DNA of 64,000 bases from Alphaproteobacteria bacterium (GTDB lineage Bacteria > Pseudomonadota > Alphaproteobacteria > UBA8366), in NCBI GenBank assembly GCA_965228425.1, contig OZ245815.1, positions 1,626,185 to 1,690,184 on the forward strand. Direction: 5' to 3'. A program made the translations under genes and the position numbers. This document shows, piece after piece, positions 18,125 through 27,347 of this stretch (the stretch's first letter is position 1; every line of letters starts with the position of its first letter). The notes below the pieces were generated by a model. It ran no database searches, was not told the origin of the DNA, and saw only the letters and a list, made by a program, of their open reading frames with translations.

Positions 18125-19030
18125 CTAGTACGGCCGGTCGCCCGCGATTTGGGTGCGGTGCAATATCCGCCGCTGCGACGCGTCGAAGGGATCGCGCCGG
18201 TGCATGGCGCACCGATTGTCCCATAAAAGCAAATCGCCGACTTTCCACGCGTGGCACCATGCAAATTTTTCCTGCGCGGCGTGCGCCCATAGCCGGTCGA
18301 GCAGCGCTTCGCTCTCATCGACGGAAAGACCGGGGACATAGCTGTAGGGGCGGCGTCCGAGGAACAGCGCCTTCTGTCCCGTCACCGGATGCGTACGGAT
18401 CAGTGGATGGTGCGGGCCGGGCGTTTTCCGCGGGTCCTTCTCGTCGGTGAAACCGGGCCGGAGCTTGCCGGCGCTGTTGCGGCTGGCGTCGTGGACCGCG
18501 GTACGGCCTTTCGCCATCGCCAGTAAGTCCGGCGGCAGCTCGTCATAGGCCATATACATATTGCAGACGCAGGTGTTGCCGCCCGACGCCGGAATCTCCA
18601 GCGCGTAGAGCGCGCTCGCAGCCGGTGGAATCTCCTTGTACGACATGTCCGTATGCCAGAACGCTTCCGCATTGCCGAGGCTGCGGTCGAGGCGCTTCTT
18701 CTCCATGCCGACATTCATCACCTCGATGATTTCCGGATATTTCTCGGTCATCGGCGTGAACGAGGTGCGATTCGGGCTCTGCGGCGTGCCGAAATAGGAG
18801 GAGAAGTAGATGTGCTGTTTCGGGGTCAGGGATTGACCGCGAAACAGCAAGACCAGATGCGTGTGCCAAGCCTGCTTCAGCGCAATGACCACGTCGGATG
18901 GAAGCGGTTGGGAGATATCTACGCCCACGATTTCCGCACCGATCGCCGCGGATTGCGGAACCACGATAACATCGCCTATTTCGTAGCGTTCTCGTGGGAT
19001 TTTGGTGAAATCCGTGGCGGCGCTGTTCAT
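18125..19030 (-). CDS. TauD/TfdA-family Fe(II)/2OG dioxygenase
   Basis: WHTDMSY (HxD iron ligands), WDNRCAMHRR and the C-terminal HRTQIAGDRP. The start is uncertain (ATG 19030, 19048 or 19099); 19030 has GGGGA/GAAGAAG upstream. Confidence 0.8.
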   Translation of the reverse strand: MNSAATDFTKIPRERYEIGDVIVVPQSAAIGAEIVGVDISQPLPSDVVIALKQAWHTHLVLLFRGQSLTPKQHIYFSSYFGTPQSPNRTSFTPMTEKYPEIIEVMNVGMEKKRLDRSLGNAEAFWHTDMSYKEIPPAASALYALEIPASGGNTCVCNMYMAYDELPPDLLAMAKGRTAVHDASRNSAGKLRPGFTDEKDPRKTPGPHHPLIRTHPVTGQKALFLGRRPYSYVPGLSVDESEALLDRLWAHAAQEKFAWCHAWKVGDLLLWDNRCAMHRRDPFDASQRRILHRTQIAGDRPY

Positions 19031-19214
19031 CTTCTTCGTCCCCGTCATGTCCGGTGGATTGCCAAAGCCGTGATGCCCGACAATCGAAATGCGCGGCACC
19101 TGTGTCGAGTGTCCCCATAAGCCTGAGGAAGATCGGGCTTCCCGTCAAACCCGGCACGGCTTGGCGGGCCCAACTTGCCGCAATCCGCCGTTCCGTGATG
19201 TAGTGACGTCCATC

Positions 19215-20081
19215 ATGAGTATCGAAATTGTCTCTTTGGGCGAGACCCTTGGCGCGGAAGTTCGCGGTGTGGATCTCAGTAAACGATTGGATGAAACGGT
19301 GACGCAAGCGATCCGCGCCGCTTGGCTGGAGCATCTTGTCCTGTTGTTTCGCGGTGCGCCGTTGTCCGACCGGAACTTGATCGACTTTACGCTCGGGTTC
19401 GGCGAGTTGGAGTTCCCGCCGAGTAAGCTCCTCGATCTTGCGGGAGGGCCGAAGGTCGGAGCTGAAATCCCGCCGGAAATCAACGTCATCTCGAACGTTA
19501 AGGAAAACGGGAAGCCGATCGGTCATCTGGGCGCGGGCGAGGCGAGCTGGCATACCGACAGTGCCTTCGTCGATATGCCGCCGGCCGCCAGCGTCTTGCA
19601 CGCGCTTGAAGTGCCGTCGACCGGCGGCAACACATCCTTCCTCAATATGTATGCCGCCTTCGAAACGCTTCCCGACCCGTTGCGACGCCGGATCGAAAAC
19701 AAGAAGATCAAACACGATCAGACCTATACGAGTGCCGGGGACCGCCGAAACGGATACGACATCGTGGACGATATACGGGACGCGCCCGGACCACGGCATC
19801 CCGCGGTCCGGACTCATCCGGAAACCGGGCGCAAGGCGCTGTATCTCGGCCGGCGGATGAATGGCTATGTCGATGGGCTGTCCCTTGAAGAGAACGAAGA
19901 ACTGCTGGATGCGATTTGGGCGCATGTCCTGCAGCCGAAGTTCACCTGGGAACATAAATGGTCGGTCGGCGATGTGGTTATGTGGGATAATCGATGTGCG
20001 ATGCATCGACGGGAAGCCTTCGACGATTCCAGCCGCAGGATCATGCACCGGACGCAGCTTGCGGGCGATCGCCCAGTTTAA
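19215..20081 (+). CDS. TauD/TfdA-family Fe(II)/2OG dioxygenase (paralogue, divergent to 18125-19030)
   Basis: MSIEIVSLGETLGAEVRGVDLS, WHTDSAF, WDNRCAMHRR and HRTQLAGDRP. The 42 N-terminal codons of the track ORF (19089) were rejected. Confidence 0.85.
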   Translation: MSIEIVSLGETLGAEVRGVDLSKRLDETVTQAIRAAWLEHLVLLFRGAPLSDRNLIDFTLGFGELEFPPSKLLDLAGGPKVGAEIPPEINVISNVKENGKPIGHLGAGEASWHTDSAFVDMPPAASVLHALEVPSTGGNTSFLNMYAAFETLPDPLRRRIENKKIKHDQTYTSAGDRRNGYDIVDDIRDAPGPRHPAVRTHPETGRKALYLGRRMNGYVDGLSLEENEELLDAIWAHVLQPKFTWEHKWSVGDVVMWDNRCAMHRREAFDDSSRRIMHRTQLAGDRPV

Positions 20082-20107
20082 TACACGGAATTTTCCAGGA
20101 GAGAGTG

Positions 20108-21100
20108 ATGCGCGCGGTGGTCTGTGAAGACTGGTGTGACTATGACGAACTGACCGTGGGTACGGCGCCGGTTCCCGACCTCGTGCCCGGCGGCGTCCGA
20201 ATCGGTATTGAATATGCCGGCGTCAGTTTCGCCACGACATTGGTCGTCGCCGGGAAGTATCAGCGAAAACCGCCGTTGCCCTTTATCCCCGGTACCGAAG
20301 TTTCCGGCACGGTTCTCGAATGCGGCGATGGAGTCAGCCGCTGCAAGCCGGGGGATCGTGTCTTGGCCGCCGTTGATTGGGGCGGCTATGCCGAGCAGAT
20401 GGTCGCCCGCGAAGCCAATGTTCATGTCGTTCCCGACGGCTTGCCGCTCGATGCGGCGGTCGCTCTTTGCATTTCCTATCCCACGTCGTACGGCGGTTTG
20501 GTCTGGCGCGCCAACCTGGCGGAGGACGAAACCGTTTTAGTTCATGGCGCGGCCGGAGGCGTCGGCCTTGCGGCCGTGGAAATCGCGACAGCCATCGGGG
20601 CGCGCGTCATCGCTGTCGCCAACGGGGATGAGAAACAGGCGATCTTGCGGGACCGCGGCGTCGAACATGTGATCGAGACGGATGGGTTCCGTGAGAAGGT
20701 CGAAGAGATTACCGGCGGCCATGGGTTGGACGTGGTTTATGACCCGGTCGGCGGCCCTGTATCGCGCCCGTCGATCAGTTGCCTTCGGCCCGGAGGACGG
20801 CTCGTGACCATAGGCTATGCAGCGGGCGAGATCCCGTCGATCGGGTTCAATGTCTTGCTGGTCAAGAACATCAGCGTCATGGGGTTCAATTGGGGCGAAT
20901 ATGTCGGTTGGAGCCCGGTTGACCGGCGTGAGCAATACGCCGATGCGGTGGCCGGGATGATGCAAACGCTGGCGGGGTGGTGGCAGGATGGGAAAATCCA
21001 GCCGACGGTGCATGCGGCTTTCGATCTGGCGGATTTTCGCGACGCGATGCGCGAGGTCCGGGGTCGCCGTGCCATCGGCCGCGTTGTCCTGACACCGTGA
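20108..21100 (+). CDS. NADPH:quinone oxidoreductase / zeta-crystallin-like MDR
   Basis: MRAVVCEDW..., VHGAAGGVGLAAVEIA and the C-terminal RRAIGRVVL. AGGAGAG RBS before ATG 20108. Confidence 0.8.
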   Translation: MRAVVCEDWCDYDELTVGTAPVPDLVPGGVRIGIEYAGVSFATTLVVAGKYQRKPPLPFIPGTEVSGTVLECGDGVSRCKPGDRVLAAVDWGGYAEQMVAREANVHVVPDGLPLDAAVALCISYPTSYGGLVWRANLAEDETVLVHGAAGGVGLAAVEIATAIGARVIAVANGDEKQAILRDRGVEHVIETDGFREKVEEITGGHGLDVVYDPVGGPVSRPSISCLRPGGRLVTIGYAAGEIPSIGFNVLLVKNISVMGFNWGEYVGWSPVDRREQYADAVAGMMQTLAGWWQDGKIQPTVHAAFDLADFRDAMREVRGRRAIGRVVLTP

Positions 21101-21111
21101 GCGGACCCAAC

Positions 21112-22104
21112 ATGCGGGCGGTTCAGTGTTCCGGATGGGATGGCGTCGCTGGTTTGCGCGTCGATGAGGTGCCGGTGCCGCCGATGCAGCCCGGCGGCGT
21201 CCGCATTGGTATCCAATACGCCGGCGTCGCGTTCGCCAACATCCTGATGGTCGAGGGCAAGTATCAGCGGCGGCCCGAACTGCCGTTCATCCCGGGTACC
21301 GACGTTTCCGGTGAAATCCTGGAGGTCGCTCCCGACGTTGAAGGGTTCGCGCCCGGCGACCGTGTCTGCGCTTTCGTGGACGGCGGCGGGTGGGCCGAAC
21401 AGTTGGTGCACCCCGTCGAGACGGTTTATCCGGTCGGTGACGGATTGCCGATGGATGCGGCGTCGACGTTACCGAGTTCCTATGCCACCGCGTTGTGCTC
21501 GCTGACCTGGCGCGGCGGTTTATCGGAAGGGCAGACGCTGCTGGTGTTGGGGGCCGGTGGCGGTGTGGGGCTTGCGGCGGTCGATGTCGCCAGTGCGCTT
21601 GGCGCGCGGGTCATCGCGGTGGCGGGCACGCCGGAAAAACGCGACGCCGCGCTGGCGCATGGAGCGGATGCCGCGATAGAGCCGAAGGATTTTCGCGGGG
21701 CGGTGAAGGATTTGACCGATGGGCGGGGCGTTGATGTGGTTTTCGATCCGGTCGGCGGCGACATGTTTCCCGACGCCTTGCGTTGTCTCGATATCGGCGG
21801 GCGCTTGCTGACCATCGGCTATGCGGCGGGTGACATACCTCAGATCGGCCTCAATCTCCTGTTGCTGAAAAATATCGGCGTCTTAGGATTCAGCTGGGGC
21901 ACCTATATGGGCTGGGGTCCCGATCATGGGCGGGAACATTTTGCGCCGCAGGTGCGGCCCCAGATCGCGCGGCTCGTGGGAATGTGGCGGGACGGCAAGA
22001 TCGCGCCGCGTGTCCACAAAAAGTATCCGCTCGAGCGGATCGCCGACGCAGCGGCCGAGATCACCGAGCGGCGCAACATCGGCCGGGTCGTCGTTCATCC
22101 GTAG
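21112..22104 (+). CDS. NADPH:quinone oxidoreductase-like MDR (tandem paralogue)
   Basis: About half identical by eye to the preceding gene (MRAVQCSGW..., VLGAGGGVGLAAVDVA, RRNIGRVVV). ATG 21112 lies 11 nt after the upstream stop. Confidence 0.8.
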   Translation: MRAVQCSGWDGVAGLRVDEVPVPPMQPGGVRIGIQYAGVAFANILMVEGKYQRRPELPFIPGTDVSGEILEVAPDVEGFAPGDRVCAFVDGGGWAEQLVHPVETVYPVGDGLPMDAASTLPSSYATALCSLTWRGGLSEGQTLLVLGAGGGVGLAAVDVASALGARVIAVAGTPEKRDAALAHGADAAIEPKDFRGAVKDLTDGRGVDVVFDPVGGDMFPDALRCLDIGGRLLTIGYAAGDIPQIGLNLLLLKNIGVLGFSWGTYMGWGPDHGREHFAPQVRPQIARLVGMWRDGKIAPRVHKKYPLERIADAAAEITERRNIGRVVVHP

Positions 22105-22112
22105 ATCAACGC

Positions 22113-23318
22113 TTACTCGGCGGGCCGTGCGGATTCCGTGGTGGCGAGCGCCGGACCGAGGATCAGGCATAATGGCAATGTCATTAGCACGACGATCGAT
22201 AGAACCATCATCGTGGTCTCGATGCTGAAGACATCGGCCAAATATCCGTAGATCAGCGGGGCGATGAGGCCGCAGGTCGAGCCGAGCGTATACATCAACC
22301 CGAACGCCCGCGAGTGTTTGTCGTCGTCGATCAGCTCACCGACCGAGCCGTAGATCGCCGACGATGTGCCGTTCAGGAAGACGCCGAGTACTGGCAATAG
22401 GAAAAAGGCGTATAGCGGTGGTGCGGCAAGAATGAGCAAAATCCCCAAACCGGTGCCGATCTCGGTGATGGCGATGGTGCGGGCGATTCCGATGCGTTCC
22501 GCCAGCATACCGCAGGCGAATTTGCCGAGCATGCCGCCGAGCAGTGTGATCAATACGGCCGACGCGGCCCAGCCCGTGGGGACGCCTTTCTCGATCATCA
22601 GGAAGGCGACGAAGGTCAGGAAGCCATTGCGTGTCGAATTATCGAGCGCAGCGATTGCGCCGAGCGACAGGAACCCGCCGCGATGCCGGATGCCCCACCC
22701 CTTCGTGCCGTTTGCGGCGCTCGCTTTTTGTTCGACCGTGGGCTGGTCGCCGCTCCCGGCTATCCGCAGCAACACCAGGCAGGCAACCGCCACGACGACG
22801 GCGGTAATCCCGTATCCGATCACCGGCGCTTGCCATGACATCCCCATGCCGGTGGCGAGGATGGTCAACCCCATGAACATGAATTTGCCCACGTCGCCGA
22901 AGGAGTTGTAGGTGCCGAGCGCGGCGCGGCGGCCCGTGCTCGGATAGGCGCCGGTGATCAGCGACGATGCCAGCGGATGCTGGAATGCCGCGCCGAGGCC
23001 CGCCAGGAATATAAAGACCAGCAGCGAGACAAATCCGGTCGAGAATCCGAGCCCGATAAATCCGGCGCCGGCGGCGGCTGTTCCCAACGCGAGCAGGTTC
23101 CGTTCACCGACCCGTTCGGCCCAAAGCCCCGCGGGGATTTGCAACGCCGCGGTCGCAGCCTTGTTCGCGGCGCGGACCAATCCCACTTCGGCGTAGGAAA
23201 GGCCGAATGCTTCGCGGAGAATGGGCAGCAGGGCATACAGCATGTCCACCAATCCGTCGTGCAGGACGTGCACGCCGCAACAGGTGGAAAGCGTGAGCTT
23301 GGAGTTCTGTCGTGCCAT
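22113..23318 (-). CDS. MFS transporter
   Basis: 401 aa with about 12 hydrophobic segments and a typical MFS loop motif near TM2-3 (GLWAERVGERN). Confidence 0.8.
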   Translation of the reverse strand: MARQNSKLTLSTCCGVHVLHDGLVDMLYALLPILREAFGLSYAEVGLVRAANKAATAALQIPAGLWAERVGERNLLALGTAAAGAGFIGLGFSTGFVSLLVFIFLAGLGAAFQHPLASSLITGAYPSTGRRAALGTYNSFGDVGKFMFMGLTILATGMGMSWQAPVIGYGITAVVVAVACLVLLRIAGSGDQPTVEQKASAANGTKGWGIRHRGGFLSLGAIAALDNSTRNGFLTFVAFLMIEKGVPTGWAASAVLITLLGGMLGKFACGMLAERIGIARTIAITEIGTGLGILLILAAPPLYAFFLLPVLGVFLNGTSSAIYGSVGELIDDDKHSRAFGLMYTLGSTCGLIAPLIYGYLADVFSIETTMMVLSIVVLMTLPLCLILGPALATTESARPAE

Positions 23319-23331
23319 GGATGCAGCATTA

Positions 23332-23352
23332 CGTCACAAAACCGTCACAAAA
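23332..23352. repeat. tandem direct repeat CGTCACAAAA (x2, 11-bp period) in the MFS/EgtD-like divergent promoter region
   Basis: Copies at 23332-23341 and 23343-23352, read directly from the sequence. The one-helical-turn spacing suggests a regulator-binding site. Confidence 0.3.
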
Positions 23353-23444
23353 GTAAAGTTGGGCTTCGGGTTTACGGCGCGGGGGCGTGTGGGCTAGGGT
23401 GCGCCGCTCACGCCCATTCCTTTGAAACAAATTTTTGAGGAGCG

Positions 23445-24419
23445 ATGAGCTCTCACGCATTGTTGGAGTCGTTCGACGATTTGGAGCCCGAGACGGGTGA
23501 CTTCCTGTCCGAGGTGCTGAACGGCTTGCGGGCGTCTCCCAAGACGTTGCCCTGCAAATTTTTCTACGATGAAAAAGGATCGAAATTGTTCGATCGCATC
23601 TGCGAGTTGCCGGAATACTATCCGACGCGAACAGAGACGGCTTTGTTGGAGGAGATCGGTGGCGAGGTTGCCGATTGCATCGGACCGCATGCACAGATCA
23701 TCGAGTATGGCTGTGGGTCGGTGCGGAAAATCCGTCCGGTCGTAGATGCGTTGGATCGTCCGGCGGCATATGTCGCCGTCGATATCTCCAAGGAGCATCT
23801 GTTGGCGGCGTCGAGTATGCTCGCGACCGACTATCCGGATCTTGAGATCCATGCGATTTGTGCGGATTTCGTCCAACCCTTTCCCGTGTCGCCACCGAGT
23901 GCATATCCGGATGCGCGCCGGGTCGGATTCTTCCCCGGTTCCACACTTGGCAATTTCACGAAGGACGAGGCCCGCGCGCTGCTCGCAAGCGCCGCGGACC
24001 TATTTGGGCCCGGTGGCGGCATGCTGATCGGTATCGACCTCAAGAAGGACGTCGCCATTCTGAAAGCGGCGTATGACGATGCTGCTGGCGTTACCGCGGC
24101 GTTCAACATGAACCTGTTGGACAGGATCAACCGTGAATTGGGCGCCAATTTCGATCTCGATCAGTTCGAACACCATGTCGTCTACAATGACGAGATCGGC
24201 CGGATCGAGATGCATCTCCGCAGCCTTCGCGACCAGACCGTCACGATCGACGGAAATGCTTATGCGTTTCGGGCCGGGGAGACGATCCATACCGAGAACT
24301 CGCACAAATACGACATTGAGCAGTTCCAGGACATGGCGCGCGATGCGGGCTTCGAGCCGGAGCGGGTTTGGACCGATGCCGACAATCTCTTCAGCGTGCA
24401 CTTTCTAACGGTGCCCTGA
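23445..24419 (+). CDS. EgtD-like SAM-dependent N-alpha-methyltransferase (L-histidine N-alpha-methyltransferase family, Methyltransf_33)
   Basis: FFYDEKGSKLFDRICELPEYYPTRTE, EYGCGS, FPGSTLGNF and IHTENSHKY match the EgtD/OvoA-C signature, including the Asn and Glu/Ser substrate-binding positions as I recall them. Confidence 0.8.
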   Translation: MSSHALLESFDDLEPETGDFLSEVLNGLRASPKTLPCKFFYDEKGSKLFDRICELPEYYPTRTETALLEEIGGEVADCIGPHAQIIEYGCGSVRKIRPVVDALDRPAAYVAVDISKEHLLAASSMLATDYPDLEIHAICADFVQPFPVSPPSAYPDARRVGFFPGSTLGNFTKDEARALLASAADLFGPGGGMLIGIDLKKDVAILKAAYDDAAGVTAAFNMNLLDRINRELGANFDLDQFEHHVVYNDEIGRIEMHLRSLRDQTVTIDGNAYAFRAGETIHTENSHKYDIEQFQDMARDAGFEPERVWTDADNLFSVHFLTVP

Positions 24420-24436
24420 CCGGCGGCGTCGGCTCT

Positions 24437-25636
24437 TTAGACCGTTCCCTTCTCCCTTAGATGCGCGATTCGCGTGGCATCGTAACCGAGCTCGGCGAGC
24501 AGGTCGTCGGTGTCTTGCCCGAGTTCCGGACCCGGCCGGTTCGGCGTCGGCTCGCCCGTATCGAAAGGGCAGTCCAACACACGGAACGATGTACCGTTTT
24601 GATGGACGAGATCCTGGATCATGCCATTCTCGGTAACATAGGGGTTGTCCATCGCTTGCCGAACGTCATAGATCGGTGCGGCGGGGACCTGTCCTGCAAA
24701 ATGATCCAGCCATTCGTCGGTCGTGCGGGCCGATAGAGCCGTGTCCAGCATGTCCTGGATCAGGGCGCGATTTTCCAGGCGGTCCTTGAACTTCAGGAAT
24801 CGTGAATCCTGTCCCCACTCCGGATGGCCGATCATGTCGCACAGGATGGGCCAGAATTTCTCCTTGTTGCACATAATGAAGATCCAGCCGTCCTTGGTCT
24901 TGTACTGAGCGCAGGGCGTTAGCGACGGATGGCCCGATCGCGGTTCGCGGCCCTGGACATGGCCGGTGTTGAGATACCAAGTGGCTGGATAGGAAACATT
25001 TGTCAGCGCCAAATCGAAAAGGTTCGTGTCGACGTTTCGTCCGGTGCCGGTGGCGCGGGCGGCCAGGATGGCGGAGACCGTCGCATAAGCCATCGCCAAG
25101 CCTGTCATCAAATCGACGATCGACAGGCCGAATCGGGTGGGCGGCGTGTCCGGCTCGCCGGTCAGCGAGAAGTAACCGGCTTCCGCCTGCATCAAATAGT
25201 CGTAGCCCGGCCACTTCGCGCGCGGCCCACTTCGTCCATAGGCGGTTAGGAAGGAACAAACGATCTTCGGATTGAGTTTGCCGAGTGTCTCGAAAGTAAG
25301 GCCGAGTTTCTCCGGCACGTCGCCGCGCAGATTGCAGGTCACCGCATCGGCGGTCTTCACCAGATCCTGGAATATCGCCTGCCCGTCCGGCGACGAGAGG
25401 TCGAGCGTAAGACTCCGCTTGTTGCGGTTGATGCTTTGGAAGAACAGGCTCGCGCTGCTGTTCGTCGAATCGTCGTCGATGAAGAAGGGGCCGACCGCAC
25501 GGCCCATGTCGCCGCCGTCCTTCGGGTTCTCGATCTTGATCACCTCGGCGCCGATGTCCGCCAGATACTGGGTTCCCCAGGGACCGGCGCCGTATTGTTC
25601 GACGGCCAGCACGCGGACGCCATCTAAAGGCAACAT
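24437..25636 (-). CDS. family III CoA-transferase (CaiB/BaiF)
   Basis: LDGVRVLAVEQYGAGPWGTQYLADIGAEVIKIENP and NRNKRSLTLDL. Confidence 0.85.
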   Translation of the reverse strand: MLPLDGVRVLAVEQYGAGPWGTQYLADIGAEVIKIENPKDGGDMGRAVGPFFIDDDSTNSSASLFFQSINRNKRSLTLDLSSPDGQAIFQDLVKTADAVTCNLRGDVPEKLGLTFETLGKLNPKIVCSFLTAYGRSGPRAKWPGYDYLMQAEAGYFSLTGEPDTPPTRFGLSIVDLMTGLAMAYATVSAILAARATGTGRNVDTNLFDLALTNVSYPATWYLNTGHVQGREPRSGHPSLTPCAQYKTKDGWIFIMCNKEKFWPILCDMIGHPEWGQDSRFLKFKDRLENRALIQDMLDTALSARTTDEWLDHFAGQVPAAPIYDVRQAMDNPYVTENGMIQDLVHQNGTSFRVLDCPFDTGEPTPNRPGPELGQDTDDLLAELGYDATRIAHLREKGTV

Positions 25637-25651
25637 CGATAGGGCCTCCGC

Positions 25652-26812
25652 CTAGATTGGATTACGTTGGATCAGTTGCCGCGCGATGATGATGCGCTGC
25701 AATTCGTTGGTGCCTTCGCCGATGGTGAGCAAGGGCGCATCGCGATAGAAGCGCTCGACCGGGAACTCTTTCGAATATCCGTATCCGCCGTGCACCCGCA
25801 TGGAATCCATCGAGTTCGTGACGGCGGCTTCGGTCGCGAAGAGCTTCGCCATTCCCGCTTCCATGTCGCACCGTTCGCCCTTATCGAATGCGTGGGCGGC
25901 TTGGTGCACCAGCAGCCGGGCTGCTTCGGTGCGGGTCGCCATGTCGGCCATGTTGATCTGTATCGCCTGGTGTTCGCAGATCGGTTTGCCGAAGGTCTGC
26001 CGCTGTTGCGAGTATTTTACCGCCTCGTCGAGCGCGGCCTGCGCCACGCCAACGCCACGCGCCGCCACGTTGATCCGGCCCAATTCCAACCCGCCCATCA
26101 CATGCTTGAAACCTTGGCCTTCCTTGCCGCCGACCAGGTTCTCGTGCGGCACCTGACAGTCGTCGAAAACCAATTCGGCGGAGTCGATTCCCTTGTAACC
26201 GAGCTTTTCCAGCTTTCGCGAAACCTCGAATCCTTCCCCTTTCTCGATCAGGAACAGGCTGATGCCCTTGTGGCGCGGCTCCACATCCGGGTCGGTCTTC
26301 ACCATGACCGCAAAGCACGTGCCGTGAATTCCATTGGAAATCCACGTCTTGGTGCCATTGACTACATAGCCGTTGCCTTGCTTCGTTGCGCGCGTGCGGA
26401 TCGCTTGCAGGTCGGTGCCGCAGTTCGGTTCGGTCAAGGCGAGCCCGCCGCGAATTTCGCCGCTGGCGAATTTCGGCAGCCATTTTTGCTTCTGCTCCTC
26501 GGTGCCGGCCCGTTGCACCGCCGACGCCATGATCAGATGCGAGTTAAAAATCCCGGAAAGGGACATCCAAACCGTGGCCACGCGTTCGACGATCTTCGCG
26601 TAGGTCAGGCAGGAAAGGCCGAGCCCACCGTATTCCTCCTCGATGATGGAGCCGAACAACCCCAACTCCTTCATCTTCTCGACGATCTCCTCGGGATAGG
26701 TGTCGTTGTGTTCAAGCTCCATCGCGTAGGGCTTGACGTCGCGATCTAGGAAGCGGTCGACCGCGTCGAGAATCAAGGTTTCCTGTTCGTCCTGTTCCGA
26801 CGTTACCGTCAT
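25652..26812 (-). CDS. acyl-CoA dehydrogenase (short/branched-chain type)
   Basis: LALTEPNCGTDL, WISNG and the C-terminal IGEGTNELQRIIIAR with the catalytic Glu context. Confidence 0.9.
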   Translation of the reverse strand: MTVTSEQDEQETLILDAVDRFLDRDVKPYAMELEHNDTYPEEIVEKMKELGLFGSIIEEEYGGLGLSCLTYAKIVERVATVWMSLSGIFNSHLIMASAVQRAGTEEQKQKWLPKFASGEIRGGLALTEPNCGTDLQAIRTRATKQGNGYVVNGTKTWISNGIHGTCFAVMVKTDPDVEPRHKGISLFLIEKGEGFEVSRKLEKLGYKGIDSAELVFDDCQVPHENLVGGKEGQGFKHVMGGLELGRINVAARGVGVAQAALDEAVKYSQQRQTFGKPICEHQAIQINMADMATRTEAARLLVHQAAHAFDKGERCDMEAGMAKLFATEAAVTNSMDSMRVHGGYGYSKEFPVERFYRDAPLLTIGEGTNELQRIIIARQLIQRNPI

Positions 26813-26818
26813 CGCTCG

Positions 26819-27334
26819 TCACTCCATTAAATCGTCGACGCCGTGCCCGCGTTTCGGGATCAGCATGGTTCGGTCATAGGTCATGAAGACGGTGCCGTCG
26901 GCCTTTTTACCGATCGTCTTGATACTGACGATGCCCTGTGTCGGGCGCGACTTCGACTCCCGTTTGTCCAGGACCTCGCTCTCGGCATAAATCGTGTCGC
27001 CGACGAAAACCGGCGCCGTCAGTTTGATGTCGTTCCAGCCCAGGTTCGCAATGGCCTTCTGGCTTGTGTCGCTGACACTCATACCGGCGACAATCGACAG
27101 CGTCAGCGCACTGTTGACCAGCAATTGACCGAACTCGCTCTTCGCTGCGTAGTTGGCGTCGAAGTGGACCGGGTGCGTATTCATCGTCAACAGGGTGAAC
27201 CAGGTGTTGTCCGCCTCGCTGATCGTACGGCCGGGGCGGTGCTCGTAGACATCGCCGATTTCGAAGTCCTCGAAATACCGCCCGATCTCCTCGCGGTAGC
27301 GGTTCTGTCCGACTTCCTTGCTGTCATAGCCCAT
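26819..27334 (-). CDS. MaoC-family (R)-specific enoyl-CoA hydratase/dehydratase (itaconyl/mesaconyl-CoA hydratase-like)
   Basis: About 171 aa single hot-dog with FEDFEIGDVYEH..RTISEADNTWFTLLTMNTHPVHFD. AAGGGAAG RBS before ATG 27334; track start 27397 rejected. Confidence 0.8.
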   Translation of the reverse strand: MGYDSKEVGQNRYREEIGRYFEDFEIGDVYEHRPGRTISEADNTWFTLLTMNTHPVHFDANYAAKSEFGQLLVNSALTLSIVAGMSVSDTSQKAIANLGWNDIKLTAPVFVGDTIYAESEVLDKRESKSRPTQGIVSIKTIGKKADGTVFMTYDRTMLIPKRGHGVDDLME

Positions 27335-27347
27335 GGCGATTCTTCCC

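Noticed and set aside
18543-20048. 501-aa minus-strand ORF spanning both TauD genes and their spacer
   Set aside because: It lies entirely antisense or out of frame to two genes with clear TauD motifs. The translation is Arg/Pro/Gly/His-rich with no recognisable domain, as expected of a high-GC shadow ORF.
23445-24419. Calling the EgtD-like gene part of an ergothioneine biosynthesis cluster
   Set aside because: No EgtB, EgtC, EgtE or OvoA-like gene is adjacent. Only the methyltransferase is present, so a full pathway cannot be claimed from this window.
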